DNA of 64,000 bases from Trichinella spiralis (Eukaryota), in the NCBI RefSeq assembly GCF_000181795.1, contig NW_003526940.1, forward strand, positions 965,527-1,029,526, in the 5' to 3' direction. How positions within the stretch are numbered: position 1 is the first letter of the stretch; every line of letters begins with the position of its first letter. A model generated the notes under the pieces. It worked only from the letters and a program-made list of their open reading frames with translations, was not told the origin of the DNA and did not search any database. The translations under genes and the position numbers were made by a program. Of this stretch, positions 1 to 13,386 are shown one piece after another.

Positions 1-1997
1 CAAAGCGATATCTCTACTTTTTAGTGAGCGTGATTAAATTGATTTTCTAATGCGCTATACTTTTGATGGAAATTTTCAAAAGTTGAAATCTAAATCCTAT
101 TATCGGTGAAAAGCTATAATAAATTGTTTGCTAATATGTCACTTTCCACTTACTGCAGCATCAAGTAATCATATATTACTAATCTTTCACCCCGTGCTTG
201 TAATTAATTGATTTACTGAAAATATTATTGTTTTAAGCGAGAACGTTTCTATTTTTTTAAAATAAAATTTTAATAAATAAATATATATATAATTTAAAGA
301 TAATACAACATTAATTTTTTCCCATTCAGTGCAATTTCTACAAGATGAATTATCTTGTAACTAAATCTTATTATAATTGCTGCTGTATCATTTTGCATGC
401 ATATTTGATTTATGTAAAAAAATTATTTTTTTCTATCCACTGAAGATGAATAAAATTGATTTAAAATTTTCATTTCTATAACTGATTTAAGTTAGATTAA
501 AACGTTCCTTTCAGTGAGTTCATGACTCTTTGCATATGTGATAAATGCTCATTAATAACAGAGATTTTTGTTCAACAGGAAATAAACTTAGCAACTGGAC
601 CTAGTCTTGCCCATGCGGTAACAGAAGGTAAAATGGTTTTGATTTTGTATTGCAAAATAATTGCAGCCATAATAGACTTTAGAAATTTTAAAGTAAGTAT
701 TTAGATAATATTTGCAAATTTTTATTTTGTTTTTTTTAATTAAAATTGAACTAAAAATTTATCTAATGTTAATATTTGAAAATCTATGCAATTTTAATAT
801 TGCAGAACGTTTACTGATTTCATTTGATGTTTCACTTTAAATTTATTCAATGAATAAATGAATAGATTGAGAAATTTACTTTTATTCTTGCTTATAACTT
901 TTGCAAAATACACTTTGTTTAAATTTAAAATTTATAAAATTACATTAAAAGCAAATTGTTCAACATTCTAAACAATGATACTTTGTTCAAATGTCGAAAA
1001 GCTTTTGTTTATCCAATTATAAATAAAATAGCTGCCGTCCGTATCATGTTAGAATTTGTGTTTCTTCTTTTTTGTTAATTTTCAATTGCAAAATGTGAAA
1101 TGTAAGAAGGTTGTTTTTGAAAATTTTGATCAATTTTGAACAGACATTTGATTTGAAAAGGATGAATGTTAAAATTAATTAAATATGTAAATTTCCGAGT
1201 TTAATTATACTCTTTATTGAATAACTGAGATGTTTCACTAACCAGCTGAATGATGATGACAAGCAGTGTGCCATTTTCCATTGCAACTGAAACTAAACAA
1301 TTGTCCAGTCAATCTGAATCACATAAGGCTGATTTGGCAAAAATCAAATCAATCCTATCAATTTGATTTCAATGGAATCTGGCGTTTATGACATTTTCTC
1401 TCATATCATGTTTTATTTTTCAAGGTGTTGTTTTATTTTCCTTTCAAAGATGTTCGATTAGGAATTAAATTGCAAAGTCCAGCTGATGAACAAAATGGTC
1501 ATCCGATCTATGTTGTATTGTGTTGAGATTTATTTCTGGAAATTAGTTTTCAGCATTTTTCGTTAAAGTTGTGAATGGCATTAAATTACCACTTGGGATG
1601 ATTCATATTGTTCAACCGCTGCCAACATTTCATCATAAGTCATTTTTATTTTTATCATCGCGAACAAGCGTTTCAATATAGCTTGTATAGCCTGCTGGAA
1701 ATGTAATTTCCATATTTGAAGCATTATTGGCAATTTGAAACACTGGAATGAATTAATAACCATTTTAGTTAGCAATTCACCAATGTTAACCTGAGGAAGA
1801 AACCCATATTGGCGTATTATCCGGCTTGCTGTTCAGTTTTATCGATTGGAAAAGCTGACAACAGTTTAATTGTTATAAAGAAGCGGTGTAGTGTGACTTA
1901 ACCGCTAATTTCTGATCTTGATTTGAATTTCAACAATTGATTGCAACTGCATGATGACTTCTGAAAAGTAAGAAGCTTTTAAGCAGGTGTCTGTTTG

Positions 1998-3020
1998 ATG
2001 GACGTCTGCCGCTTGTTGGTACTGATACAGTCCATTTTTGTTTGGTTGGCCACTGGTTTACTGGAACATTTGAATTTTAAGCAAACTAAAAATGCGCATA
2101 AAATAGTATATGAACACGGTACACTTCCATTCCCAGGCGACGAAAACTGCGCCGACATTTTTGATGCGGATTCGAGTTTTCTTTGTGATGTAGATCAGTG
2201 GCTTACCGTGGCTGAAGCAAGTGACCTGTATCACTGGTTGCGCTCTCACAACTATATCACTTGTTTTGAAGCTTCGGCGCATAAATCAGATTGTTCTCAT
2301 AAATCAATTACTCATTTTCCATCTTTGTTCGTGTCTATGGTGGATATGATACGATTGAACAATGCTTCTGATTGTTTTCCAAGAAAACTTAGTGATCAAG
2401 CAACTCCCAAACGTGCAGAACTTGACTCTCTGGCTAATAATGGACTGTTTCACTTTACATCTGATTCACTGGAACAATTTTATGCAGACAAAGAACCACC
2501 ACTATGCCAGGTGGATATCTTTTTACTCTTGGTAAAAGCTGTTACATTATGCGACAATGGTGTATGGTTGACTTTGCGCAATCATAGAAAGCCAATGCTG
2601 GGCATAGCTTTGCGTTTACATGGAGAACAAGCACTACAAGAAGAACTGACATCTTCATTACAAAAGTTAATTAACACTATTGTGCTAAATGGATCATTGC
2701 TGACAACTTTGGATATAATCAAAACTACGTTAAGTGCTCTGCAGCCAATTATAAATCAAGCTCATGAACAGCAGACATTTCCGCTGCTTGAATCCCCCTG
2801 CAGTAACGATTTTAAAAATGGACATCATATTCCAAAATGGGCAATGACCACTTTTATTGTTTCTGTTGTTCTGATTCTATTTTGTACCTTTATTGGCTAT
2901 TTTATTAATAGTCATGCTCGGGCACCACAGTTTTGTGATCCAAATCCGTTTACTCTGATCAATTTTGGAAGAAGAAATGGCAGGAAGTGGAGAGCCGGAT
3001 TTGGCGGCGGTCTCATCTAA
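1998..3020 (+). CDS. Hypothetical single-exon type I membrane protein (~340 aa)
   Basis: Long ORF in AT-rich DNA with ATG at 1998. Hydrophobic N-terminus (MDVCRLLVLIQSIFVWLATG) suggests a signal peptide. One TM helix near the C-terminus (WAMTTFIVSVVLILFCTFIGYFI) and a short basic tail. No family recognised. Confidence 0.7.
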   Translation: MDVCRLLVLIQSIFVWLATGLLEHLNFKQTKNAHKIVYEHGTLPFPGDENCADIFDADSSFLCDVDQWLTVAEASDLYHWLRSHNYITCFEASAHKSDCSHKSITHFPSLFVSMVDMIRLNNASDCFPRKLSDQATPKRAELDSLANNGLFHFTSDSLEQFYADKEPPLCQVDIFLLLVKAVTLCDNGVWLTLRNHRKPMLGIALRLHGEQALQEELTSSLQKLINTIVLNGSLLTTLDIIKTTLSALQPIINQAHEQQTFPLLESPCSNDFKNGHHIPKWAMTTFIVSVVLILFCTFIGYFINSHARAPQFCDPNPFTLINFGRRNGRKWRAGFGGGLI

Positions 3021-5222
3021 GCTGACTTGTCATCATCGAGTGAATGGATAATTCCATCACAACAGGTGTGTTTATTGAAATTTATGCACTAGTAGCTATG
3101 ACAACAGCGCATACTTTTGATTCATTTGCTCTCTTCTACCTGATTTGTGGGGTATTAATTAAATACCTCAGTTGGCTTTTTATTTTTGTACTAGAAAAAT
3201 TATGAATCTTACTTAATGCTGGATAAAATCTGTTCAAAATCTGCTGCTTACTCATTTGAATATGTTGATAACTGAGATGTAAAACACTTTTGAAAACAAT
3301 TATTTTAACAGTTTTTAAAATTGTTTTTTTCTAAATTAAAATTTTTCATTAAAACTGTTCATTGTGGTTTCATTTATACAAAAATTTCATAAGAAATTTC
3401 ACTCAGTGAGCACTATCAGCATGCAAAGCACTGTTTTGCATAATAAATAAAATCAAAAATTTACAATTAATTCCCATAATTGCTCATATAATAATATTTA
3501 AATGTGGTCAGTGGCAATAAATTTAGTTGTAAGCATCAAGACTTCAATAGCATATTTTTTAAACCATGGTTAAATTTTCTTAATTGATTTGATTTTTTTA
3601 AATTAAAAAATCTTATTTTATAAAAAAAATTACAGTAACCTTGAATCGAGCATAACGTACTAAGCTATAATAAGATCGCTTAATTAATGACTTCAAAAGA
3701 TTTAGAAAACAGTCACACTAATAATATTATTTTAACGACGTCCTATAATAATAATAATAATAGTCACACATTATGCTTGATTAGTGTTTAAAATGTTTAA
3801 AAATTTATTAAACATAACATTTTTTATTTTTGCAGTGCAATGAAAACCTTTTGCATATAATTTACAAATGTTTTATTTGAAAATTAAAAAAAGTGATGTA
3901 TAACAACCGAAAAACAATTAAAAAAGGCTTTAATGAACCTGAAAATCTAAAAGAGAGATTTGAACTTTAATCAAAATTTTCACTTTTTCTATTATAGAAA
4001 ATAAATTTACTTATCATTTATAGATAATTTGAATAATTATCTTGTTTACTGTTATCTGAAATTTTAGTTTACATTGACGAAGATAATTTATTGATAGATT
4101 TCTAATTAGACGAATAAGTTAAATTTAATTATATTTCATTAAATTACTTTATTTTAACTTCTTTAAACGATTTGATTTGAATAATCAGCTGAAAAAAGAT
4201 ATTATGAAGCTGAAAATATTCATGAGCAGTTTTGACTACGGTTAATAATACTTTTCAATTTGATCTTGCACAAGTGAATAAATAAAGTATCATACAAAAA
4301 TAAGAATTGTAATTGGATTATAAATTTTTTCACATATTTCACGCTAAATCATCAAACATAATTTTATTTGTAATTTATGTTTTGTTAATTTGAAAAATTG
4401 CTATTGAATAGAATTTGAAAATAAAACCAAACAACATTACCAAACAAATTTACAAAGTTATTACATATAAATGTCTCTCTTCGTTACAGAGGTTGTAATA
4501 TTGTTACTACAGTAATTATGGATAAATAAATAAAAATGTATAATTTAATATAAAGAAATTGACTACCTTTTGTAATTTTTTAAATTAATTAATAAAATTA
4601 TTATTTTTGCTTTATTACAAAGTATCGCTATCGTTATAGGGAGATTGCTTTATATTTTTCTACATTTCATATAAAAATGATAAATTTATTCTTTGTGTGT
4701 TGGTCCTAACTTTATGTTATGTTATGTTAAAATAGTTAATAAATAAATTCCGGACTTAATATTTACAATTTCATTACTCAAACACTGATTACAAAAAACG
4801 TAGCATAATAAAAAGTGTTTTCTTTTTTTGAATATCCCCCTATGCCCAGGAAATTGTAATGCTGGGAATTAATTTTAAGATGCCACTGTAAGTTTGTGTA
4901 AAATAAGACTGCATCTTGTGAGAAAGTAATTTAACTTTTTTAAAAGTATGAAGATGACGAACACTTGCATCAGACAAGTGCAATAATATAATTACTGACA
5001 AGCTGCAGGATATCTTTTTTATACTGTAACTATTCAAATGGCATAGAAGATATTTTTTGCAGTTTTTTATTTTTCAATCACTCAATGCCCATGGTTAGTG
5101 AAATACAAATAAATAGAAATATGGTTCCATTTTCACATGTATAATAATAATAATAATAGATAATAGAAAGTAAATTTTATTTCATTATTGAATTGTTGCA
5201 GTTTGTCGCCAATTCTTTTTCT

Positions 5223-5673
5223 TTACGTCACGTATCTTAAGCGTAAATCTGTAAAAAAACAGTATGCTTTTATAATCAATGCTGTCACAGTTTAGAAATT
5301 ACAATATGCATGAAATTTTTGAAAATTACCTGAATCGCCAAATTTATCATGCAGTTGACGAGAATATGAACGTTTTCCGAATCGCATCAATCCAGGCGCT
5401 GAATCATCATAGCGGTCATAACCCTGAACAACACGTTTTCCAAATCTCATTAATCCTGGTGCATCATATTTTTTCCATAAAAATCGGCCAGGTATATCTT
5501 CATATAAAACATCTATGAAAAATTTTATTTACTTTTTTCAAATTTTATTCTATAAACTTACTTTCTTTAAAATTATCCATGTCCGCTTCGGTACAACTTC
5601 CAAACGAAATGCTACAAAGAAAAACTACGCCCAAAACAAACATAATGCTTTGAAGAGAAATGTAACTTTTCAT
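5223..5673 (-). CDS. flp-18: FMRFamide-like neuropeptide precursor (flp-18-like), 3 exons, 106 aa
   Basis: Exons 5673-5562, 5512-5330 and 5248-5223, with canonical GT-AG introns and consistent phase 1. Protein: signal peptide MKSYISLQSIMFVLGVVFLCSISFG, then ...WKK-YDAPGLMRF-GKR-VVQGYDR-YDSAPGLMRF-GKR...DLRLRYVT*. Two PGxxRF-G-KR amidation/cleavage units. The flp-18 label rests on resemblance to the PGVLRFamide family. Confidence 0.85.
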
Positions 5674-8600
5674 TGTTGATCTGAAAGGAAAAGTTTTCAT
5701 TAGTTTATTTGCAATATTACTAGACTTATTATTTAAAAATATTTGAATTATTTTGCAAATGAAAAAGAATATCTTCTGAAAATAAGTATTTTTACTGATT
5801 TCACCAATAACTGAACTGTCAAATTTTTTACAAAACAAAATTCTTTTTAGCTGCATATACAAAATGCTATATCACATTCTTGCATTATGACTGTGGTTAT
5901 ACAAAGTACTTCATTGTAAATATAAAAAATAAATGCAGTTTTAAATATTTTCTATATAATATATTTATAGAAAAGTTTATAAATTGCAGAATTTCAAAAT
6001 CAAAAAAAGTTTTCAATTTTATATTTAGAAACAGATATTTATTTTGTGATTCACCTATGTAAGAAATTTTGGAAATGAGAATAACTATTTAATTTATATT
6101 TATTTTAGAATAGATCCATTACGGCAAAGGATTATTAGAATTAATGAAAAAATTAATCTTTTCTGTATTTATTTTATTAATTAAAATAAAAAGCAAAAGC
6201 AAGTATAACCGTGATGACAAAAATTTGCAATTCTATTTGCAAAATTGAATTATTGCTAATCACATTAAAGCTCAAAGTGTCAGAGAATTTATCAGTCATA
6301 ACCCATAAAATCATAAGTGGCATTATATTTAAATGCTTAAATATAAACTTTAAATAGCAAGTTTTCTCACCAAAATGTTGAGTATTTTATATAAATACAA
6401 TGGTAATTTAATCGGATTGTTAAATTGCCACGGGCAAATTGAAAAAATAAGCCTTTAATGCTGCTGTTTTCATGTTATCAGATTTATAAAGCAAATTTCC
6501 AGCACCCCTAGTGGAATTTTTCATCATCCCACTTAAATGATTTTCTTCTTATTTGATACTATTCATTTTGTAATCTATTTTCAAGCATTGATTTTTATGT
6601 GAATTTTTGAAGCATTAACAACTGTTTTATATGCAGCATGTTTCGATCATCATTTTAATAAGAATATTTTCTATTTTTTGTTGATAAAATACAGGCTGTT
6701 ATTTTGCAAAGGATGCATAAAATTTGGGAATAATGCCCTATGATGATTCCTTTATTAAATTTATATCGCAATACGCGTGTGTGTATCGAGTACACTTCAT
6801 TCCAATTTTTATATTCTTGATTGGTTGCCATTGTTCAGTCGAAATTATACTCTTTCATGTCTCATGAATGGGTTCGTCTCTTTTATCAAATTGATTATTA
6901 TTTCAATTTGTCAAATAAAAATTTGACTTAAATAAAAAATATTTTTCTATTTTGCATATTTAAAAATATTACTTTAAATTATTAAAATTGCATATTATTG
7001 TGCAATTAGAGTTATGAATTACAATATGATTTAGAATTCAAAAAACTGAAATTGAATATAAAAAATACTTAATTGCTGAGTTTAATTGTTTCAGAATATT
7101 ATTAAATGCTGAAATTCTTTGTGTTGTTTTTGATTTCAGTTTTATGCAATATACTTCATATACTTTTCAAATGTGAAATTAAATTTTATTTTTAAAACAT
7201 TTTAAACTATTTAAATCATATAAAATTTTTACAGATCTTCCAACTTTCAAAATTGTTTCAACGTTTAATAATTGCAGAACTAAAGGAAAATAATTATTCC
7301 ACTGGAGTTTTTGTTTTTTTCTGTGCAAATGGTTAAAGTTGTAAAGATTTATTTTCAAAATTCATTATAATCCAACCTTTTAGAAGACAAAAATTTTTTA
7401 CCTAACAAAAGAGCATTTACACCATTTGCAAATTGTGCAATTGATTAATTATGCTCTTATTTTGGGTTCCAGCTACTCAAAAAGCAATTTCTCTTTTTAT
7501 TTTTAATCGAATCAATTTTTCATCGTGAGGAGGTTTTTAAGTCAATAAAGATGAAATGGCTCATTTTATTAAATACAGAAAAAGCAATTTGATAAAAACG
7601 ATATGTCAAAATTTGATGGTTGCAGCATGGTTTAAATTTCTGAGCAATTTAAAAAAGTTTTTTATTATTAGCCTTTAATTTTCACCAAAAAATACTATAA
7701 ATTAGTTTTCTTTTTACAAATTACAAAAATTGATCTTTCTGCAGCAAGATTGCACAATAAAAGTAAATTGTCAAACAAAAATATGCTTCGTGTTCTGTTA
7801 AGTGGTTTGAATTATTTTGTGATTTTCGAAAACTCTGCATTCAATAATGCTTACGGCCTTATTGTAATTATTTATTGGGGGCAAGCTTTTCATACAGTTA
7901 TTAACTTCATTATCGTTTCATTATTAAATGATGATGAAATTTTCTTATAAAATTTTTGTAATTTCAAATGTTTAATTTTATTCATTATTAATAAAATTTA
8001 ATGATTTTAGTCTATAATAAGTTATTTATGCATTCTTGTCAATAGATGATAATAATTTTGAGTAATGAAAGTTATTTTAAATATAATTTTACCTTTTAAT
8101 ATGAATTCGATATCGACTTTGCACTTTTAGAAACAAAATTAAAATACAAACATTTGATCAGTTTGGGAATTTCATTAGATAATCAAGAATCATATTTATA
8201 CAAGTTCATTAGGGTATTTCATACATTGTTCTTCATAATTTCTAATAATAAAATCGAACTATTTATGCACATCAAATATTATATAACAGTGATCAAGAGA
8301 ATTCATTTTCTCGTTATCTGTTAAATTTAAAGTTACTATTTTTTTCAATTTTCAAGAATATTTTTTCATATATGAGCAGCTGAAATGCATATAAATCTGT
8401 TAGATTGATTCTAAAAAATTGAATATGCTAATATACATCAGTTTGCCTAAATGCATTCAAGTTATACATTAAAATTATAAAACTGAAAGCTTTGCTGAAA
8501 AAAAATATAGTTCATAGTATGAATTTCAGAAATTTGCTTAGAAATAAAACAGAAAATCAGTTTGCAAATTAAATTGATTAAATCATGGAACCGTTATTAT

Positions 8601-11600
8601 GGAAAAATGAACTTACTGTTTGGTGCAATTTTTCTGATTTTTGAAAGCGAGAATAGAAAATTCTTCAACTATATGTATATTCTAGAAATGTAAATGAAAG
8701 TGAAAGGGAAATTGGACTGGCTAGAAGTTGAATGAATATTAGAAGAGCTGTGTAAATGAATAAGTATACCACAGTATTAGTTGGTACACCACAGTGGTGG
8801 CCAAACAGTGTTCGTGCAATTGAAATAATGATAAAGTCGAATATTTACCAATATAGCCAGTAAGAAAAATTAAAATTGACATTTCCAGCAAAACAGTGGA
8901 CTGTAATGATCATGCTGGCAATTTAGTTAAAACAATCACCAGTCTAACGTTGGCTTATACATGTAGGCTGATTCTATTAGGCTGACAAATTGTACATTAT
9001 TCTCATCTGGTGCAAAATAAAAATAATTTAAATTTGAATTTTATGCATCCAATTAATGTATCTCATTTGTAGAGCATACAATGAAAATGACCAAGTGCTA
9101 ATACAATTTTCAACGTGCTGCTTGCTTCAAACATTTTCAAAACAAGCACAAACAATGTTGTTGTTCATCAGTATACTTTAATATACGATGATATTATTAT
9201 TATTATAAAAAGATTTTTTTGGTATTATTTTCACAGGCATATCAGTGAATGAAATTTTTTGTTTTTTTAATTTCAAAATCTTAATAAAACTTTCATCTTA
9301 AATAAAACAAAATTTAATAAAAATTAACAAAAATTGAAAAGAATAATCTACAATCTAAAATAAAATTTTGTCATTTTAAATAATTTCAGCAAAAGTGAAA
9401 ATAAAAATGATTGAAATTGAAATTGAAATGTCACACGTATAGCTTTTGAGCAATATTTTTGACCATTACATCAGCATGACGCATTTAAAATAATCAAACC
9501 ACGTTTGTATTTGCTTTCATTTTGATTTTGAATTATTAAAACTAAAAAATCATAACTATGAAATGCTTCGTCCATAATGTTCCATTTAGCAAATTTATTT
9601 AATAGATCAGGACAGCATTTCATGCGTCACATAAAATTAACAAATGAACTGTCAATTTCATTACTTGAACATTGCTTTAAATAGCTTAATCATTGAGAAG
9701 ATGTTTCTGAGCTGCTTTCAAATGAAACAAGCTGAACAAAATTGCAAATTAGCAGAAATAAAAATAAATCACACTCTCTAATGAAATGCTTCAAAAATTG
9801 AAATACCATAGAATGAACTTTACAACTGTTGAACTATTTCAAAAGTCAAAACAATAAAGCTAGCGTAAAACAATTTTAATAAAAGTATATTTTTTGTAAA
9901 CTTGAACAATAAACAAAAAAGCGGCTTTATTCATTAATTAATTTATTTTATAAAAATTATTCAATCACCAATTAAACTGGACAAATCTTAGGGAGTAGTC
10001 AGTGCTTTGTTCAGAGGAATTTTTACAGTTTAAATAATACAATTTTGTTAAAATAAACAAACAGAAATTATGCAATATTACAGTAGAATAGTTGATTAAA
10101 TGACAAGAATTAAGGCAATTGTAAATTCCAGAATGATCAAAATTAATGAAATATTTTGCACAACATTTTCCATGAATAAAATGACTTTAAACATTTCAAC
10201 ATTAAAATTGTTTATGTTACTGGTATAATAAAATTAAAATGAGAAAAAAACAAGTAATTATTAATTTTGCGTAATTTATTTATTGCTTTTTCATCAAATA
10301 TATTAAAATTAAATTGAAATTATTCCAAAATAATAATGTTCAAATGAAAAGGGTGACTGTTTTATATTCAAATGAAATTCAGCAATAAATAATACAATAA
10401 TGATGAAGAAATATTATTTATTGTTTATTTAAGATAATAAATAAATAATTTAATTTGAATTTCAGTAATAAAAGTATTAAAATTAGTGTGAACTTACTGG
10501 AGTTGTTGAAAAGAGTCGAAGAGGTTGTTTATTAACTGCCGGTTGATCACAATAACAGTGATAATAATGAAAAAATAATAATAGAAATGATACTCTTGTT
10601 GGTGATAAAAACGCTTTAATATTTATTTTATTTATATGCTTGATATTGGTTTAAAATTAATCAATAGAGGGAAACAAGTGATTGACGACTGAAACCTTAA
10701 AAGCTGAAAAAGGCTTAAAAATTCAGCTTCTTCTTAATCTTTGAGTCTGATTGATCAATTGGCATGCATTAAAAAGAAATAAATGGCACATATACATACA
10801 AAGAGACAATTGTCTTCTCATGGAAATTATCACTACAGTTTTTTCTTCTTCTTCTTCTTCAAGAACCCCCACATTGAAGGAATTTGTGCTTGATTTTCAA
10901 ACTTGGCAATTTTTCAAAATAGCTAACTTTTCTATTTTTAACATTGTTCATCATTCAACTTGTTAATCTGCATCAATGAATCATTCAAATTTGCAAGTGA
11001 ATTTGCAAAGTCATGAAATTGCTCTTGCAGAAGTGAATTTCCATCAAATGACGTGAACAGGCTAAATCTATTCTTCCTTATTTACTTTCTAAATCCATCG
11101 AAGCTTATCGTTATCTGATAAACTTTTGAAAATTATTGCTATATTTATTCCATTTTTTGAATTTGTTTTCAAATTAACTGAAAAGATCAGATGAATTTCA
11201 AAAATAAAAAAATGCTCAGGATAGTTGCATACGTTTAATATCCCACAAAAGTTTTATTGCAAAGTTTTACAACTTAACTATTTTTACTCACCCAGAAGAA
11301 AGAAATTCCATTTTTAAATTATATATTTTTTAAATGAATTTTTTAATAAAAATGAAAAATAATTAATAAGAAGTACGCTTTTTGTAAAGCAAAATATGAT
11401 AAACAAGTAACAGTTTTATTATTCGTTTTTAAAGTACTTTCGCTCCATTTTCAACTGACGAATAAACAAATTAGAATGTTGTTCAGTAGGAAAGCTAATG
11501 ATAATGATGATATATGCTTGACTGATGTGATGCTGACATTGACCTTTAATTTTCCATACAAGGCCATTACAGTTAATGATCCTTGATCAAATTCAGGTCG

Positions 11601-11711
11601 TCATATTTGTTGTTGTAAACAACAAATTCTTGCCACTATTCTTACAATATTAAAGTGAAATAGATACATATTTATTTACTTTTATGCAAATATATACATA
11701 TAACTAAAGAT

Positions 11712-12188
11712 ATGCAAGTAATTGATTATTTATCAATAATTTTTATTGTTGTGGTTCAAAATTTAAATGCGAAAGAAATTCTGACAGACGAGAAATTCGT
11801 CGAAGCTAAGATGCATGGTCGAATTCGACGAGATTCGCTACTGGACGAAACTTTAAAGGCTGGATACGATGCCGCATTTTTGAAAAGTGAAATAATGAAG
11901 CAACAATTCCAAGAGTCCCAACGTCGGCTTGCCCCATTTATGCACCGAGTTATTCCGAATATACCGATCATTCCGGCTAACTTGATGCCAGTCAGTGAAA
12001 CTGGAATGCTTGCAAAGCAGCTTGCTTTACCAGCCCAACTGCCCCCCGTTCACAAACACCAGCCAGACATTTCCGTCACGGACTTTATCATGCTGAACGT
12101 TTATTTAACATCAAAAATTGATCTTCTACAAAAGCAGTTGAACATTTTGACAAACAAAGTATTAGCAATAGAAAAAAAATTGCTGTAA
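11712..12188 (+). CDS. Hypothetical secreted protein (158 aa) with furin-type site and C-terminal coiled coil
   Basis: Single ORF with signal-peptide-like start (MQVIDYLSIIFIVVVQNLNA), RIRR motif, Pro-rich middle, heptad-like C-terminus (IDLLQKQLNILTNKVLAIEKKL). AATAAA at about 12246. Confidence 0.75.
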   Translation: MQVIDYLSIIFIVVVQNLNAKEILTDEKFVEAKMHGRIRRDSLLDETLKAGYDAAFLKSEIMKQQFQESQRRLAPFMHRVIPNIPIIPANLMPVSETGMLAKQLALPAQLPPVHKHQPDISVTDFIMLNVYLTSKIDLLQKQLNILTNKVLAIEKKLL

Positions 12189-13386
12189 TGTTTTTTTGTT
12201 GTTCTGTCAGTTATAAAATTTGCCTTAAAGCCTTGAAACGTTTGTAATAAAATATATCAAGAAACATTATTGCTTTAAAAAAAAACAAAAGAATAAAACT
12301 GATGGATGCTGATGGTATATGCTAAACTAAATAACAAACGTTTAATGAATTAGTATGATTATTTTCTATTTCGACGGAAATAAATATTCTTTATCGTTGG
12401 GATTAAATTGAAATCGATTTTTCGCTTGTTGAAGCATACTTTATGTTAATTATGGACAATTAGTTTGATTTCAGATCAGAAAAATTTCAAACCAGTTCAT
12501 AAATCAAACGGAAAATGTAAATTTCTCGTACTTTAAACAATCCCATTTTTATTTGAACAAATAAAGTTATAAATAATTATTAAGAATAATGTAAAATTGC
12601 ATATACTTATTAGATAATCATTCCATAAAAATTTACATTCGCAAGCAAAATACCTTTCTATTTATCTTGTACAGAGGCTCGATTTTTATCCGTAATTCAT
12701 ATGCATTGCATGACCCGTATGGGAAGTGATAATGATGAAAAGTCAAAAATTCTTCAATTGCATTTATCGTTCACTGGAAATTTTATCATCCTAAAATTAA
12801 TTTAGCCACTTTTTATGAAGCATCTAAGATATCTTGTAAACAAAAAATAAAAAAGCCCCAGAATATAAAAACAGTATATATATTCAAATATTAAAAATAA
12901 ATTTCTCCGGTTTCAGATAATAAATCATTGTGAAATTTTTTCAAATACTTGTTTGCATCTGTTTTCTATAAATAATTCACCATTTTTTAAAATTTATTAA
13001 TTATGTGTTAGTTGAAATTGGCTGCAATGAAATTTTTACTTGACTTGTCAAAATTGTCATTGCATCATATATTTGATAACGTGCATGTATAATTTGAAAA
13101 AATACTTTCAAACGATAATGGCAAACTTGACTAGCTGATTTTTGATTATTAATCATAATCATAAGCGTTGCTTAATAGCGAATTCTTTACTTAAATATTC
13201 CGAGAAGGACTTTCTACGAATGAAGCATTCTTTGAAAGAACTTGAATTATAATATCCTACTTTGTTAAATTTGTGATATGAGAAAAGCACCATCATTGGC
13301 TGTATCACTGAATACTTTTTAGATTAATCAAAATAATGTTCGCCTGATTAAGTTGTAAAATTTCCAAAAATATAAGATTAAAATGA

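Noticed and set aside
130..1860. Short ORFs and exon-like segments at the window start
   Set aside because: Could not assemble a consistent spliced frame or recognise a product.
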